From the NCBI RefSeq assembly GCF_048403405.1, contig NZ_CP183129.1: a stretch of DNA of 64,000 nt; one strand, given 5' to 3'. Shown here one piece after another: positions 1 to 10,693 of this stretch (within the stretch, counting starts at the first letter, position 1; each line of letters starts with the position of its first letter). Source of the DNA: Escherichia coli (GTDB taxonomy: Bacteria; Pseudomonadota; Gammaproteobacteria; Enterobacterales; Enterobacteriaceae). Made by a program: the position numbers and the translations under genes. Below the pieces are notes generated by a model. It searched no databases, was not told the DNA's origin, and saw only the letters and a program-made list of their open reading frames with translations.

Positions 1-634
1 CAGCGATTTTGCCAGTAACCCGGAACCACGTTGCCCCTGCATTTTGCTGCTGGATGTTTCTGGTTCTATGAACGGTAGACCTATTAATGAACTTAACGCC
101 GGATTGGTTACCTTTCGCGATGAGCTGCTTGCCGATTCGCTGGCCTTAAAAAGAGTGGAACTCGGCATTGTGACGTTCGGCCCGGTGCATGTGGAACAAC
201 CCTTTACCAGCGCCGCTAATTTTTTCCCGCCCATCCTGTTTGCCCAGGGCGATACACCAATGGGCGCTGCCATTACCAAAGCCCTGGATATGGTAGAGGA
301 GCGGAAACGTGAGTATCGTGCAAATGGTATTTCGTATTATCGCCCGTGGATTTTCCTGATCACCGATGGCGCTCCAACCGATGAGTGGCAGGCTGCCGCC
401 AACAAAGTGTTTCAGGGGGAAGAAGATAAGAAGTTTGCCTTCTTTTCCATCGGTGTTCAGGGGGCGGATATGAAGACTTTGGCACAAATCAGCGTTCGTC
501 AGCCTTTGCCACTGCAGGGATTACAATTCCGTGAACTGTTTAGCTGGTTATCCAGTTCGCTGCGTTCGGTTTCCCGCTCCACGCCGGGAACGGAAGTTGT
601 GCTGGAAGCGCCAAAAGGCTGGACGTCAGTGTGA
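1..634 (+). CDS. yegL: von Willebrand factor A (vWA) domain protein, 5' end outside window
   Basis: ORF 44..634 has no true start in window and reads in from the edge; LLDVSGSM motif resembles the vWA MIDAS DxSxS; stop overlaps yegK start. Confidence 0.75.
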   Translation, partial: SDFASNPEPRCPCILLLDVSGSMNGRPINELNAGLVTFRDELLADSLALKRVELGIVTFGPVHVEQPFTSAANFFPPILFAQGDTPMGAAITKALDMVEERKREYRANGISYYRPWIFLITDGAPTDEWQAAANKVFQGEEDKKFAFFSIGVQGADMKTLAQISVRQPLPLQGLQFRELFSWLSSSLRSVSRSTPGTEVVLEAPKGWTSV

Positions 635-1392
635 GCTGGCGTCTGGTCTATGCATCAACCGTTGGAACGTCGCACATCAGCGCGGACTTGCCTTGCCAGG
701 ATGCCTGCCAGATGCAGGTTGCCTGGTTAAATGACCAGCAGCCATTATTGTCGGTATTTGTCGCCGATGGCGCAGGTAGCGTCTCGCAGGGTGGCGAAGG
801 TGCGGAGCTTGCCGTTAATGAAGCGATGGCTTATATGATGCAAAAATTGCAGGGCGGGGAATTGGGGCTTAATGATGTCCTCGCAACGGATATTGTGCTG
901 ACCGTTCGTCAGCGACTTTTTGCCGAGGCGGAAGCCAAAGAATTAGCTGTTCGCGATTTTGCCTGCACGTTTATGGGATTGATTTCATCAGCTAATGGCA
1001 CCCTGATTATGCAGATTGGCGATGGCGGCGTGGTGGTAGATTTGGGGCACGGTCTGCAACTGCCGCTCACGCCGATGGTAGGTGAATATGCCAATATGAC
1101 ACACTTCATTACTGATGAAGATGCCGTTTCCAGACTGGAAACTTTCACCAGCACTGAGCGTGCGCATAAAGTTGCAGCATTTACGGATGGTATCCAGCGG
1201 CTGGCGTTAAATATGCTGGATAATTCTCCCCATGTGCCTTTCTTTACCCCGTTTTTCAATGGGCTGGCGTCAGCAACGCAGGAACAACTCGATTTATTAC
1301 CTGAATTGTTAAAGCAGTTTTTGTCCAGCCCGGCGGTAAACGAGCGTACGGATGATGATAAAACGTTGGCACTGGCGCTGTGGTTACCATGA
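631..1392 (+). CDS. yegK: PP2C-family Ser/Thr protein phosphatase
   Basis: 253-aa ORF; FVADGAG and DGGVVVD motifs typical of PP2C fold; GTG start overlaps yegL stop; stop overlaps yegI ATG (ATGA). Confidence 0.75.
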   Translation: MSWRLVYASTVGTSHISADLPCQDACQMQVAWLNDQQPLLSVFVADGAGSVSQGGEGAELAVNEAMAYMMQKLQGGELGLNDVLATDIVLTVRQRLFAEAEAKELAVRDFACTFMGLISSANGTLIMQIGDGGVVVDLGHGLQLPLTPMVGEYANMTHFITDEDAVSRLETFTSTERAHKVAAFTDGIQRLALNMLDNSPHVPFFTPFFNGLASATQEQLDLLPELLKQFLSSPAVNERTDDDKTLALALWLP

Positions 1393-3329
1393 AACCCACT
1401 TTATATACTGCTACTGGTGAGTGCGTTACGCCAGGCTGTGAACTGGGCAAAGGTGGCGAAGGCGCGGTTTATGATATCGAGGAGTTTGTCGATAGCGTCG
1501 CCAAGATTTATCACACGCCGCCACCCGCCTTAAAACAGGACAAACTTGCCTTTATGGCTGCGACAGCTGACGCACAGTTGCTGAATTATGTCGCCTGGCC
1601 GCAGGCAACGCTTCACGGTGGACGAGGCGGAAAAGTTATCGGTTTTATGATGCCAAAAGTTTCTGGTAAAGAACCGATTCATATGATCTATAGCCCGGCA
1701 CATCGTCGCCAGAGTTACCCTCATTGTGCGTGGGATTTTCTACTCTATGTTGCGCGTAATATTGCTTCATCTTTTGCTACGGTTCACGAGCACGGGCATG
1801 TCGTGGGTGACGTAAACCAGAACAGCTTTATGGTAGGCCGTGACAGCAAAGTGGTGTTGATTGATAGCGACTCCTTTCAGATTAACGCCAACGGCACACT
1901 GCATTTATGCGAAGTCGGCGTGTCGCATTTTACGCCGCCAGAGCTGCAAACCTTGCCATCATTTGTCGGCTTTGAACGCACCGCGAATCACGATAATTTT
2001 GGCCTTGCGTTGCTGATTTTTCACGTCTTGTTTGGTGGTCGGCATCCTTATTCCGGTGTACCGCTTATCTCTGATGCGGGTAATGCGCTGGAGACGGATA
2101 TTGCCCATTTCCGTTATGCCTACGCGTCAGATAATCAGCGACGTGGTTTAAAACCGCCGCCACGATCTATTCCGCTGTCGATGTTACCGGGCGATGTTGA
2201 AGCCATGTTTCAGCAGGCATTCACGGAAAGTGGCGTGGCAACCGCGCGTCCGACGGCAAAAGCGTGGGTAGCGGCACTTGATTTACTACGCCAACAGTTA
2301 AAGAAATGTACCGTTTCGGCAATGCATGTTTACCCCGGTCATTTGACTGACTGCCCGTGGTGTGCGCTGGATAATCAAGGCGTTATCTATTTTATTGATC
2401 TCGGCGAAGAGGTCATTACCACCGGCGGTGATTTTGTGCTGGCGAAAGTCTGGGCAATGGTGATGGCGTCAGTAGCACCACCAGCATTGCAACTGCCATT
2501 ACCCGATCATTTCCAACCGACTGGCAGGCCGCTTCCTTTAGGCCTGTTACGGCGTGAATACATCATTCTGATTGAGATCGCACTGTCAGCGTTATCGCTG
2601 CTGCTTTGCGGCCTTCAGGTAGAACCGCGTTATATCATTTTGGTTCCCGTGCTGGCGGCTATCTGGATTATTGGCAGCCTGACAAGCAAAGCGTACAAAG
2701 CAGAAATCCAGCAACGTCGTGAGGCGTTTAATCGCGCGAAAATGGACTATGACCATTTAGTAAGCCAGATCCAACGGCTGGGCGGGCTGGAAGGTTTTAT
2801 CGCCAAACGGGCGATGATCGAAAAAATGAAGGACGAAATTCTCGGGTTACCGGAAGAGGAGAAACGCGCTCTGGCAGCACTTCATGACACTGCAAGGGAA
2901 CGGCAGAAGCAGAAGTTTCTGGAGGGATTTTTTATTGATGTTGCCTCTATTCCCGGCGTTGGCCCTGCGCGTAAAGCGGCGTTACGGTCTTTTGGTATTG
3001 AAACAGCCGCAGATGTTACCCGTCGTGGCGTTAAGCAAGTGAAAGGGTTTGGCGACCATCTGACCCAGGCGGTTATCGACTGGAAAGCGAGTTGTGAACG
3101 CCGTTTTGTGTTCAGGCCGAACGAAGCGGTAACGCCTGCAGACAGACAAGCGGTACTGACTAAAATGGCCGCCAAACGACATCGGCTGGAATCGACGTTG
3201 ACTGTCGGCGCGACAGAGTTGCAGCGATTCCGCCTTCAAGCTCCAGCACGGACCATGCCGTTGATGGAACCGTTACGTCAGGCGGCAGAAAAACTGGCTC
3301 AGGCGCAGGCTGAATTAAGCCGTTGCTGA
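1380..3329 (+). CDS. yegI: Ser/Thr protein kinase-like membrane protein with C-terminal helix-hairpin-helix region
   Basis: 649-aa ORF; N-terminal kinase-like GKGGEGAVY glycine loop and HGDV/DSDSF motifs; two hydrophobic segments mid-protein; tandem GhG hairpins (IPGVGPARKAAL, VKGFGDHL) near C-terminus; alternative ATG start at 1389. Confidence 0.75.
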   Translation: MVTMKPTLYTATGECVTPGCELGKGGEGAVYDIEEFVDSVAKIYHTPPPALKQDKLAFMAATADAQLLNYVAWPQATLHGGRGGKVIGFMMPKVSGKEPIHMIYSPAHRRQSYPHCAWDFLLYVARNIASSFATVHEHGHVVGDVNQNSFMVGRDSKVVLIDSDSFQINANGTLHLCEVGVSHFTPPELQTLPSFVGFERTANHDNFGLALLIFHVLFGGRHPYSGVPLISDAGNALETDIAHFRYAYASDNQRRGLKPPPRSIPLSMLPGDVEAMFQQAFTESGVATARPTAKAWVAALDLLRQQLKKCTVSAMHVYPGHLTDCPWCALDNQGVIYFIDLGEEVITTGGDFVLAKVWAMVMASVAPPALQLPLPDHFQPTGRPLPLGLLRREYIILIEIALSALSLLLCGLQVEPRYIILVPVLAAIWIIGSLTSKAYKAEIQQRREAFNRAKMDYDHLVSQIQRLGGLEGFIAKRAMIEKMKDEILGLPEEEKRALAALHDTARERQKQKFLEGFFIDVASIPGVGPARKAALRSFGIETAADVTRRGVKQVKGFGDHLTQAVIDWKASCERRFVFRPNEAVTPADRQAVLTKMAAKRHRLESTLTVGATELQRFRLQAPARTMPLMEPLRQAAEKLAQAQAELSRC

Positions 3330-3341
3330 GCCAGTTTTCAA

Positions 3342-4694
3342 TTAACGAAACACCACTTCCGCCCAGCGTGCCAGCCCGGCGGTGACGGAGCCAAAGTCAT
3401 CGCCGCCTGCAATCGGAATGCCCGGCAACTGTTCTGCCAGCGCCTTTTTAATCAGCGGTGAACGGGCGCTACCGCCGGTCAGGTAGATAACGTCCGGTTT
3501 TTCCTGGGCGTTATCCAGGGCCAGTTGCACCTGTTCCAGAATCCGCGCCAGTGGCTGGCTGAGGGCGCTTTCCAGCCCTTGCTGGCTAATCAGCGTAGCC
3601 AGTTCATCGCTGATAAACGGCAGTGAGGCGCGGGTTTCCGCTACGCTTGAAAGCGCAATTTTGCTCTCTTCTGCGCTACGTACCAGGCGATAGCTTAAAC
3701 GCTGACGCCAGACTTTCTGTAACAGGGCCACTTTTTCCGGTTCGCGGGCATCGCGTACCAGATCGTTAAGCAGACGACCGTTGGCACTACTGTAGAAATC
3801 ACTTTGCGCAGGGACGTCGTTGATGGCAACCGCATTCCACCACGGCAGAATCGGCAGGGCGATGCCTTTTTCGGTTTCGCCCCCCATGCCCAGTAACGGC
3901 ATCAGGTTTTTAAACGCCAGTGCGATATCCAGATCGTTACCGCCAATACGGCAACCACTGTGACCCAGCAGGCTGGCTTCACGATCGAGACGCGAACGCC
4001 ACTGCGGCCCCATCAGCAGCAATGAACAGTCAGTCGTACCACCGCCGATATCCACCACCAGCACCCGTTTTTCTTCCTGCAAGGTGGCTTCGTAATCCAG
4101 CCCAGCCGCGACCGGCTCGTACTGGAATACCACATCCTTAAACCCGGCACGCTTCGCCGCGCGTTCCAGAATCCCCTGCGCCTGGGTGTTTGCTTCATCG
4201 CCGCCAAGCCCCTGGAAGTTGATAGGGCGACCAATTACCGCCTGAGTAATCGCATCCGGCAGCTGTGCCTGCGCCTGCTGGCGAATGTGCAACATCATTG
4301 CGCAGACCAGATCCTCAAACAGCGCTACCTGCTGCGGTTTTAAGCCGCTGGCACCGAGGAACGATTTTGGTGATTTCACAAACCACACTTCTTCTGGATC
4401 ATCAATGTACTGTGCCAGTGAGGAAAGACCGAACTGCACGCTTTTCGCCGTAACATCGATATCTTCTTCGCGGTTATAACGAATCGCCCGACGCAACAGC
4501 GCCTGCGTTTCATCGTCGTCTGCCGGAACATCATGATGGCGGTACAGCCATTCGCTTACCGCTTCACGCGTTGGCGCGCAAAGCATTGAAGGCAGCAGCG
4601 TGCTGTCGTTTTCCATTTTCAGTAATTGCGGCTTACCGTCGCGCATGACCGCCACTGAACAGTTTGCTGTACCGTAATCAAAACCAATAAACAC
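3342..4694 (-). CDS. yegD: Hsp70/actin-fold ATPase family protein
   Basis: ORF 3342..4757; likely GTG start at 4694 (VFIGFDYGTANCS, DnaK-like N-terminus); VVDIGGGTTDCS motif. Confidence 0.8.
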   Translation of the reverse strand: MFIGFDYGTANCSVAVMRDGKPQLLKMENDSTLLPSMLCAPTREAVSEWLYRHHDVPADDDETQALLRRAIRYNREEDIDVTAKSVQFGLSSLAQYIDDPEEVWFVKSPKSFLGASGLKPQQVALFEDLVCAMMLHIRQQAQAQLPDAITQAVIGRPINFQGLGGDEANTQAQGILERAAKRAGFKDVVFQYEPVAAGLDYEATLQEEKRVLVVDIGGGTTDCSLLLMGPQWRSRLDREASLLGHSGCRIGGNDLDIALAFKNLMPLLGMGGETEKGIALPILPWWNAVAINDVPAQSDFYSSANGRLLNDLVRDAREPEKVALLQKVWRQRLSYRLVRSAEESKIALSSVAETRASLPFISDELATLISQQGLESALSQPLARILEQVQLALDNAQEKPDVIYLTGGSARSPLIKKALAEQLPGIPIAGGDDFGSVTAGLARWAEVVFR

Positions 4695-4827
4695 GAAATA
4701 ATCCCCATGCCGGTGAAGAAGGGGCGTGACTTTAGCGAAATGTTGCCGTCGCGACAACCGGAATATGAAAGCAAAGCGTAGCGTCTGAATAACGTTTATG
4801 CTGAAAGCGGATTAACAAGGAGATGCG

Positions 4828-5685
4828 ATGTATACCCTGAACTGGCAGCCGCCGTATGACTGGTCGTGGATGTTGGGATTTCTCGCCGCCCGTGCGGTGA
4901 ACGGTGTGGAAACGGTCGCTGACGATTATTATGCCCGTAGTCTGGCGGTGGGCGAATATCGCGGCGTGGTGACTGCTATTCCGGATATAGCCCGCCATAC
5001 TCTGCACATAAATTTAAGTGCAGGTTTAGAACCTGTTGCCGCAGAGTGTCTGGCGAAAATGAGCCGCCTGTTTGATCTGCAATGTAACCCGCAGATTGTT
5101 AACGGTGCGTTGGGCAAGTTAGGCGCGGCGCGGCCCGGATTGCGTTTACCCGGCAGTGTTGATGCTTTTGAGCAGGGCGTGCGGGCGATTTTAGGCCAAC
5201 TGGTGAGCGTGGCGATGGCGGCAAAATTGACCGCCAGAGTGGCACAGCTTTATGGCGAACGGCTGGATGATTTTCCGGATTATGTCTGCTTCCCCACGCC
5301 TCAGCGGCTGGCAGCAGCCGACCCGCAGGCATTAAAAGCGTTAGGTATGCCGTTGAAACGGGCAGAGGCGCTGATTAATCTGGCAAATGCGGCGCTGGAG
5401 GGCACCTTACCAATGACAATTCCGGGCGACGTAGAGCAAGCGATGAAAACGCTGCAAACTTTTCCGGGTATCGGGCGCTGGACGGCGAATTATTTCGCCT
5501 TACGTGGCTGGCAGGCGAAAGATGTTTTCCTGCCGGATGATTATCTGATTAAACAGCGATTTCCGGGAATGACACCGGCACAAATCCGCCGTTATGCCGA
5601 ACGCTGGAAGCCCTGGCGTTCTTATGCGCTGTTGCATATCTGGTATACGGAAGGCTGGCAACCAGACGGAACGGACGAATTGTAG
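4828..5685 (+). CDS. alkA: 3-methyladenine DNA glycosylase II
   Basis: 285-aa ORF matching AlkA N-terminus MYTLNWQPPYDWSWML and HhH-GPD region. Confidence 0.9.
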   Translation: MYTLNWQPPYDWSWMLGFLAARAVNGVETVADDYYARSLAVGEYRGVVTAIPDIARHTLHINLSAGLEPVAAECLAKMSRLFDLQCNPQIVNGALGKLGAARPGLRLPGSVDAFEQGVRAILGQLVSVAMAAKLTARVAQLYGERLDDFPDYVCFPTPQRLAAADPQALKALGMPLKRAEALINLANAALEGTLPMTIPGDVEQAMKTLQTFPGIGRWTANYFALRGWQAKDVFLPDDYLIKQRFPGMTPAQIRRYAERWKPWRSYALLHIWYTEGWQPDGTDEL

Positions 5686-5706
5686 GCCTGATACGCCGCA
5701 TCAGGC
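5686..5706. repeat. REP-like palindromic unit between convergent alkA and dgcE
   Basis: gcctgatacgccgcatcaggc palindrome immediately after alkA stop. Confidence 0.5.
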
Positions 5707-5722
5707 GATGGGGAAGCACGCC

Positions 5723-8700
5723 TCAGTTAATCGCGAAATAACTGCTATTCACCAGCAAATCCAGCGGTTGGGCATCGGCAATCACATCGCCATAAATCAG
5801 ATCGACGCCGATGCCAGAAAGCGTATCCATCACCAGGGGTAAAACTACTGGCCCGGCGATGGTCTTCATCCCGAGCCGCTGAGCGTGCCCCTGAATGATC
5901 GTAATCAGCATCTCATCCATCAAATTTCCCTGCACGTTGGCGCATAACTCACCATCAAGTAGCAGGTAATCTGCCATATTCGCTTTCAGCGAGTTGAAGA
6001 TTTGCAGATCGCGGCCCACCTGACTGAATACGATCCGACATCCCGCCAGCCGCAGTTTTTGCACGTTTTCTGCGTGATCTAAAATCGCGTCTGCCGGAAT
6101 AATCAGATGTAATAACCGTGGTGGTAGAGGGCTATTTTCCAGCTGCTCAATTAGTTCATTCACCAGCGTGGCGCTACTCAAACCGGCAACGGAAAGCGGG
6201 AGGGCGATGCTTATACCTTTACTGGCAACCGCTTTGGCGGCCTGCTGGAAAAAATCGTGGAATACCCGTCGGTCAAGAGCATGGCTAAGTGCCGGATCGC
6301 TGAAGCTACGACGAAATGTTTGTTCATCAATAATCTCGCCTTCGCAACTCCAGAGCTTAAGTGAAATCAGCCACAAATTACGCGCTTGCGGGATCCGCGG
6401 CGAAGCGACACCGTGGGCGATCATCATCAACTGATTCTCTTTAATCATCCGCCACTGTTCATCAAGCGACATCACCGCCCGTTCGCTATTTGTGGCAGCT
6501 TGCTGCGGTTCGTAAACCGTCACCCGGCCCCGTCCACCATTTTTGGAGGCATAACAGGCGATATCGGCCTGCGACATCACTTCAGCCGCCTGATGATTGT
6601 TGTCATCAATCAAGGTAATCCCGGCACTGGCACCTACCCGATGTACTCGTCCTTCCCAGATAAAGTGATAGTCATTCACGGCGCTGATAATGCGTGTAGC
6701 GATAAAACGCGCACTTTCGACATTACAATCTGGCAGCAGCAGACCAAATTCATCGCCACCGAGTCGCGCCAGCACGTCGCTGGAGCGCAGCATACTCAGC
6801 ATCAATGACGCCAGTTCGCGCAGTAAAGCGTCGCCAGCGGCGTGCCCGGCGCTGTCATTCACCGCTTTAAAGCGATCAAGATCGATAAACACCAGTGCAT
6901 GTCGCTGATGTGTACTGTTTACCGTTTGCAGCAGGATGCGTAGTTGCTTCTCAAAACTGGCGCGATTGGCGAGATGCGTCAGTGCATCATGGGAGGCGCT
7001 GTAGCTCAGCTGGCGCAGCATTTTGCGCGATTCGGTGACGTCCTGAATCACCAGAACCGAACCAATATTGCTGCCGTCCAGAGTACTTAACGGCGTAATA
7101 CTGTAATGCACGTCGTAGCTGCCGCCGCTTCGGCAGTGCAACACCACATCTTGTTCAATCGCGGAACGTGAGGTGTCGGCACTGTAAATGTTCTCCATTA
7201 ATGGTCCGTTGTCGCCAAAAGTAATATGCAACACCGTCAGGAGCGGAACACCTAACGCTTCTTCCTGCGTCCAGCCGCTCATCTTCTCCGCCACCGGATT
7301 CATAAAGGTAATTTTCATCGCCATATCAATACAGACCACGGCTTCACCGATGGAATCAAGCGTAATGTGCAGGCGCTCTTTTTCCTGAAACAATGCCTCG
7401 TTAAGCTGTTTAACCTCGGTCATATCCATATTAATGCCGAGCAGACGTTCGACTTCGCCTTCTTTATTCAGTACCCGGTTGGCGAGGGCGCGGATATGGC
7501 GGATGCCATCTTTCACGGCAATGCGAAATTCCAGCTTAAAGGGCGAGCGTGATTGCAATGAATCGCGAATCACTTTTTCGGCGTGCTGGCGATCTTCCGG
7601 CAGCACGCACTCGTACCACACCTGCCAGTTCGGTTTGATATGCGGAGGAATTTCATACAGCTCGAACATCCGCTTATCCCAGCTAAAAATATTCGGCTTT
7701 AGCTCCCACTCCCAGATGCCAATCCCGCCCGCTTCGTTAGCCAGCGTGATGCGCTCCATCAGTTGCTGATTCACCTGTTCGGTGCGTTTTAGCTCGTTAA
7801 TGTCTTCAATCTGAGCGATAAAATAGAGCGGCGTACCATCGGTGTGGCGCACCAGTGAGACGGCAAGCAACGCCCAGACAACATCGCCATTGCGGTTGTA
7901 GTAGCGTTTTTCCATTGAATAGGTGTTTATTTCACCGCTGATCAGCTTTTCAACCTGTTGCAGATCTTTATTGAGATCCTCCGGCCAGGTCAGTTGCTGA
8001 AAGGTGAGTCCGCGCAGCTCTTCCTGACTGTAACCGAGAAACTGGCAGAGTGCTTTGTTGGATTGCAGCCATTGCCCCTCGGTGCCCACTAATGCCATGC
8101 CGATGGCGGAATATTCCATGGCGTTACGAAAACGGGTTTCGCTTTCGGAAATGTGTTTGCGTTCCGCACGAAAGGCATACATCACCATGGTCATGATGTT
8201 GGCGGGCAGCAGGATCAGCAAAAACGGTAGCCACGGCATATGGCTCATCAGGTATGTACGCGGCGTAGCAAGCAGGGAGGGATCCGCGGCCATCATCAGT
8301 GACACCATCATCACCGTGGTAAGGAAGATCAAAAAGGCTTCCATTCGTGGCAGGCGCACGGCGCTCCACATCAACAGCACAATAATGAAAGTAAAAGGCC
8401 ACGGCAGATACAGCATCGAAAGCCAGCTTAACGTCAGTGTGATGGCTAACGTGAGCAGCGACTCAAAAAGCAACCGTGGGTTGCGATGGCGCAGCAGATA
8501 GTGTGGTTTAAATAACAATCCCAGCGGCACCAGTGCCAGTGCGCCGATGGATTCTGACAGTACCCATATCAAAAATGCCCTGAGAGGATCGTCTCCGGGC
8601 GTCAGCAGGATAACCAGAACACCCCCTAACAGAGGTGGAACAATGGCGCTGCCGAGTGCCAGACGCAGCCAGTCAGCCAGATTTTGCAATGGGTTATACC

Positions 8701-9040
8701 ACGGCAGCAATTTACGCAGTAGCACTGCCCCGACCACGGCTTCAACAATATTGATGGTCGTCCAGGTCATGTTCAGCGAGCTGGTGGAAAAAAGCAGGAT
8801 GGATGCGGCGATATTTCCCAGCGAGCAGCTCAGCGCAATCCCCGGCCACATGCGCCCGGCATGGCGATAAAACGCCACCATCATGATGGACGTCGGGAAC
8901 CACAGTGGGGCGAGTTGGGTGCCAAACTGCGAAAGCTCAAGCGAGAAAAGGGTAAAGATAAACGAGACTAAACCTAAACTGACCAGGTGAAGCAGCGGGT
9001 GGGGCAGGGCAATTAATACATGCTGTGATTGTTTGCTCAT
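5723..9040 (-). CDS. dgcE: Membrane-anchored PAS/GGDEF/EAL diguanylate cyclase
   Basis: 1105-aa ORF; N-terminal multi-TM region, PAS repeats, GGDEF motif (RLGGDEFGLL), C-terminal EAL-like domain. Confidence 0.85.
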   Translation of the reverse strand: MSKQSQHVLIALPHPLLHLVSLGLVSFIFTLFSLELSQFGTQLAPLWFPTSIMMVAFYRHAGRMWPGIALSCSLGNIAASILLFSTSSLNMTWTTINIVEAVVGAVLLRKLLPWYNPLQNLADWLRLALGSAIVPPLLGGVLVILLTPGDDPLRAFLIWVLSESIGALALVPLGLLFKPHYLLRHRNPRLLFESLLTLAITLTLSWLSMLYLPWPFTFIIVLLMWSAVRLPRMEAFLIFLTTVMMVSLMMAADPSLLATPRTYLMSHMPWLPFLLILLPANIMTMVMYAFRAERKHISESETRFRNAMEYSAIGMALVGTEGQWLQSNKALCQFLGYSQEELRGLTFQQLTWPEDLNKDLQQVEKLISGEINTYSMEKRYYNRNGDVVWALLAVSLVRHTDGTPLYFIAQIEDINELKRTEQVNQQLMERITLANEAGGIGIWEWELKPNIFSWDKRMFELYEIPPHIKPNWQVWYECVLPEDRQHAEKVIRDSLQSRSPFKLEFRIAVKDGIRHIRALANRVLNKEGEVERLLGINMDMTEVKQLNEALFQEKERLHITLDSIGEAVVCIDMAMKITFMNPVAEKMSGWTQEEALGVPLLTVLHITFGDNGPLMENIYSADTSRSAIEQDVVLHCRSGGSYDVHYSITPLSTLDGSNIGSVLVIQDVTESRKMLRQLSYSASHDALTHLANRASFEKQLRILLQTVNSTHQRHALVFIDLDRFKAVNDSAGHAAGDALLRELASLMLSMLRSSDVLARLGGDEFGLLLPDCNVESARFIATRIISAVNDYHFIWEGRVHRVGASAGITLIDDNNHQAAEVMSQADIACYASKNGGRGRVTVYEPQQAATNSERAVMSLDEQWRMIKENQLMMIAHGVASPRIPQARNLWLISLKLWSCEGEIIDEQTFRRSFSDPALSHALDRRVFHDFFQQAAKAVASKGISIALPLSVAGLSSATLVNELIEQLENSPLPPRLLHLIIPADAILDHAENVQKLRLAGCRIVFSQVGRDLQIFNSLKANMADYLLLDGELCANVQGNLMDEMLITIIQGHAQRLGMKTIAGPVVLPLVMDTLSGIGVDLIYGDVIADAQPLDLLVNSSYFAIN

Positions 9041-9357
9041 TACCGCTTTATCCGCAAGACCAGGTCGCCAGTATTCGTTTCTGTGTTTATGCTAGTACAA
9101 AAGTTTTACATTTTATATGCGAATTGCTCATAAAGTGACGTAAAGGCGGATAATTTGCGCAACTGCGTATAACAATTTTTACCTTGTATAAAACTGATCA
9201 ACGTAATTTGCCACCGGGAATTCTTCGTCAACAATTAACTCTGAGCGCGCGGCAACGCTATTCGACTGGTATCAGGCGGATGAAATCCCTATAATTGCCG
9301 CGTTTGGCGCTTCGTCGCCCCCTTCCTAACATCCAGGTTAATCAGGTCGCTAAATAT

Positions 9358-9999
9358 ATGACTGATCAGTCTCATCAGTGCGTCATTATCGGTATCGCTG
9401 GCGCATCGGCTTCCGGCAAGAGTCTTATTGCCAGTACCCTTTATCGTGAATTACGTGAGCAAGTCGGTGATGAACACATCGGCGTAATTCCCGAAGACTG
9501 CTATTACAAAGATCAAAGCCATCTGTCGATGGAAGAACGCGTTAAGACCAACTACGACCATCCCAGCGCGATGGATCACAGCCTGCTGCTTGAGCATTTA
9601 CAAGCGTTGAAACGCGGCTCGGCAATTGACCTGCCGGTTTACAGCTATGTTGAACATACGCGTATGAAAGAAACGGTGACGGTTGAGCCGAAGAAGGTCA
9701 TCATTCTCGAAGGCATTTTGCTGCTGACGGATGCGCGTTTGCGTGACGAACTTAACTTCTCAATTTTCGTTGATACCCCGCTGGATATCTGCCTGATGCG
9801 CCGCATTAAGCGTGACGTTAACGAGCGTGGGCGTTCAATGGATTCAGTGATGGCGCAATATCAAAAAACCGTGCGTCCGATGTTCCTGCAATTCATTGAG
9901 CCTTCTAAACAATATGCGGACATTATCGTGCCGCGCGGCGGGAAAAACCGCATCGCCATCGATATATTGAAAGCGAAAATAAGTCAGTTCTTTGAATAA
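9358..9999 (+). CDS. udk: Uridine/cytidine kinase
   Basis: ORF 9295..9999; canonical start [22 protein letters not shown] at 9358; P-loop GASASGKS. Confidence 0.9.
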
Positions 10000-10090
10000 G
10001 CTTGATAAATTGTGTACCGTTCAGTGATAACCTGGTATGCCCTTGACGTAATTGGCGTTAAGGGAGTGATGCGCGAAAGGAGAAAATGCC

Positions 10091-10672
10091 ATGCGTCTGT
10101 GTGACCGAGATATTGAAGCCTGGCTTGATGAAGGCCGTTTGTCGATCAACCCACGTCCGCCAGTGGAGCGTATTAACGGCGCGACGGTGGATGTGCGCCT
10201 GGGCAATAAATTTCGTACCTTCCGTGGTCACACGGCAGCGTTTATCGATCTGAGCGGTCCCAAAGATGAAGTGAGCGCCGCGCTTGACCGCGTGATGAGC
10301 GATGAGATCGTTCTCGATGAAAGCGAGGCGTTCTATCTTCACCCAGGAGAGCTGGCGCTGGCGGTGACGCTGGAGTCGGTGACGCTGCCAGCCGATCTGG
10401 TGGGCTGGCTGGACGGGCGTTCTTCACTGGCGCGTCTGGGGCTGATGGTGCACGTCACCGCGCACCGTATCGATCCGGGCTGGTCTGGCTGCATTGTGCT
10501 GGAGTTCTACAACTCCGGTAAGCTGCCGCTGGCGCTGCGTCCGGGCATGTTAATTGGTGCGCTGAGCTTTGAGCCGCTTTCCGGCCCGGCGGCGCGACCT
10601 TACAACCGCCGTGAAGATGCGAAATATCGCAACCAGCAGGGCGCGGTAGCCAGCCGAATCGATAAAGACTAA
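10091..10672 (+). CDS. dcd: dCTP deaminase
   Basis: 193-aa [20 protein letters not shown], typical Dcd N-terminus. Confidence 0.9.
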   Translation: MRLCDRDIEAWLDEGRLSINPRPPVERINGATVDVRLGNKFRTFRGHTAAFIDLSGPKDEVSAALDRVMSDEIVLDESEAFYLHPGELALAVTLESVTLPADLVGWLDGRSSLARLGLMVHVTAHRIDPGWSGCIVLEFYNSGKLPLALRPGMLIGALSFEPLSGPAARPYNRREDAKYRNQQGAVASRIDKD

Positions 10673-10693
10673 TTCAGGCCCATTGAGGATACC

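Noticed and set aside
1256-1450. Possible missing small gene (yegJ) between yegK and yegI
   Set aside because: I recall a yegJ annotation in this neighbourhood in K-12, but here yegK and yegI overlap by ATGA, which looks native, and the only ORFs at the junction are short antisense ones. I cannot verify the K-12 layout from memory, so no deletion is claimed.
9295-9357. N-terminal extensions in the ORF track (udk from 9295, wcaD from 21813, cpsG from 29748, wzzB from 51973, hisG to 60157, yegH to 14942, yegD to 4757)
   Set aside because: These are artefacts of taking the first in-frame start codon; conserved N-terminal sequences indicate the downstream starts listed in the features.
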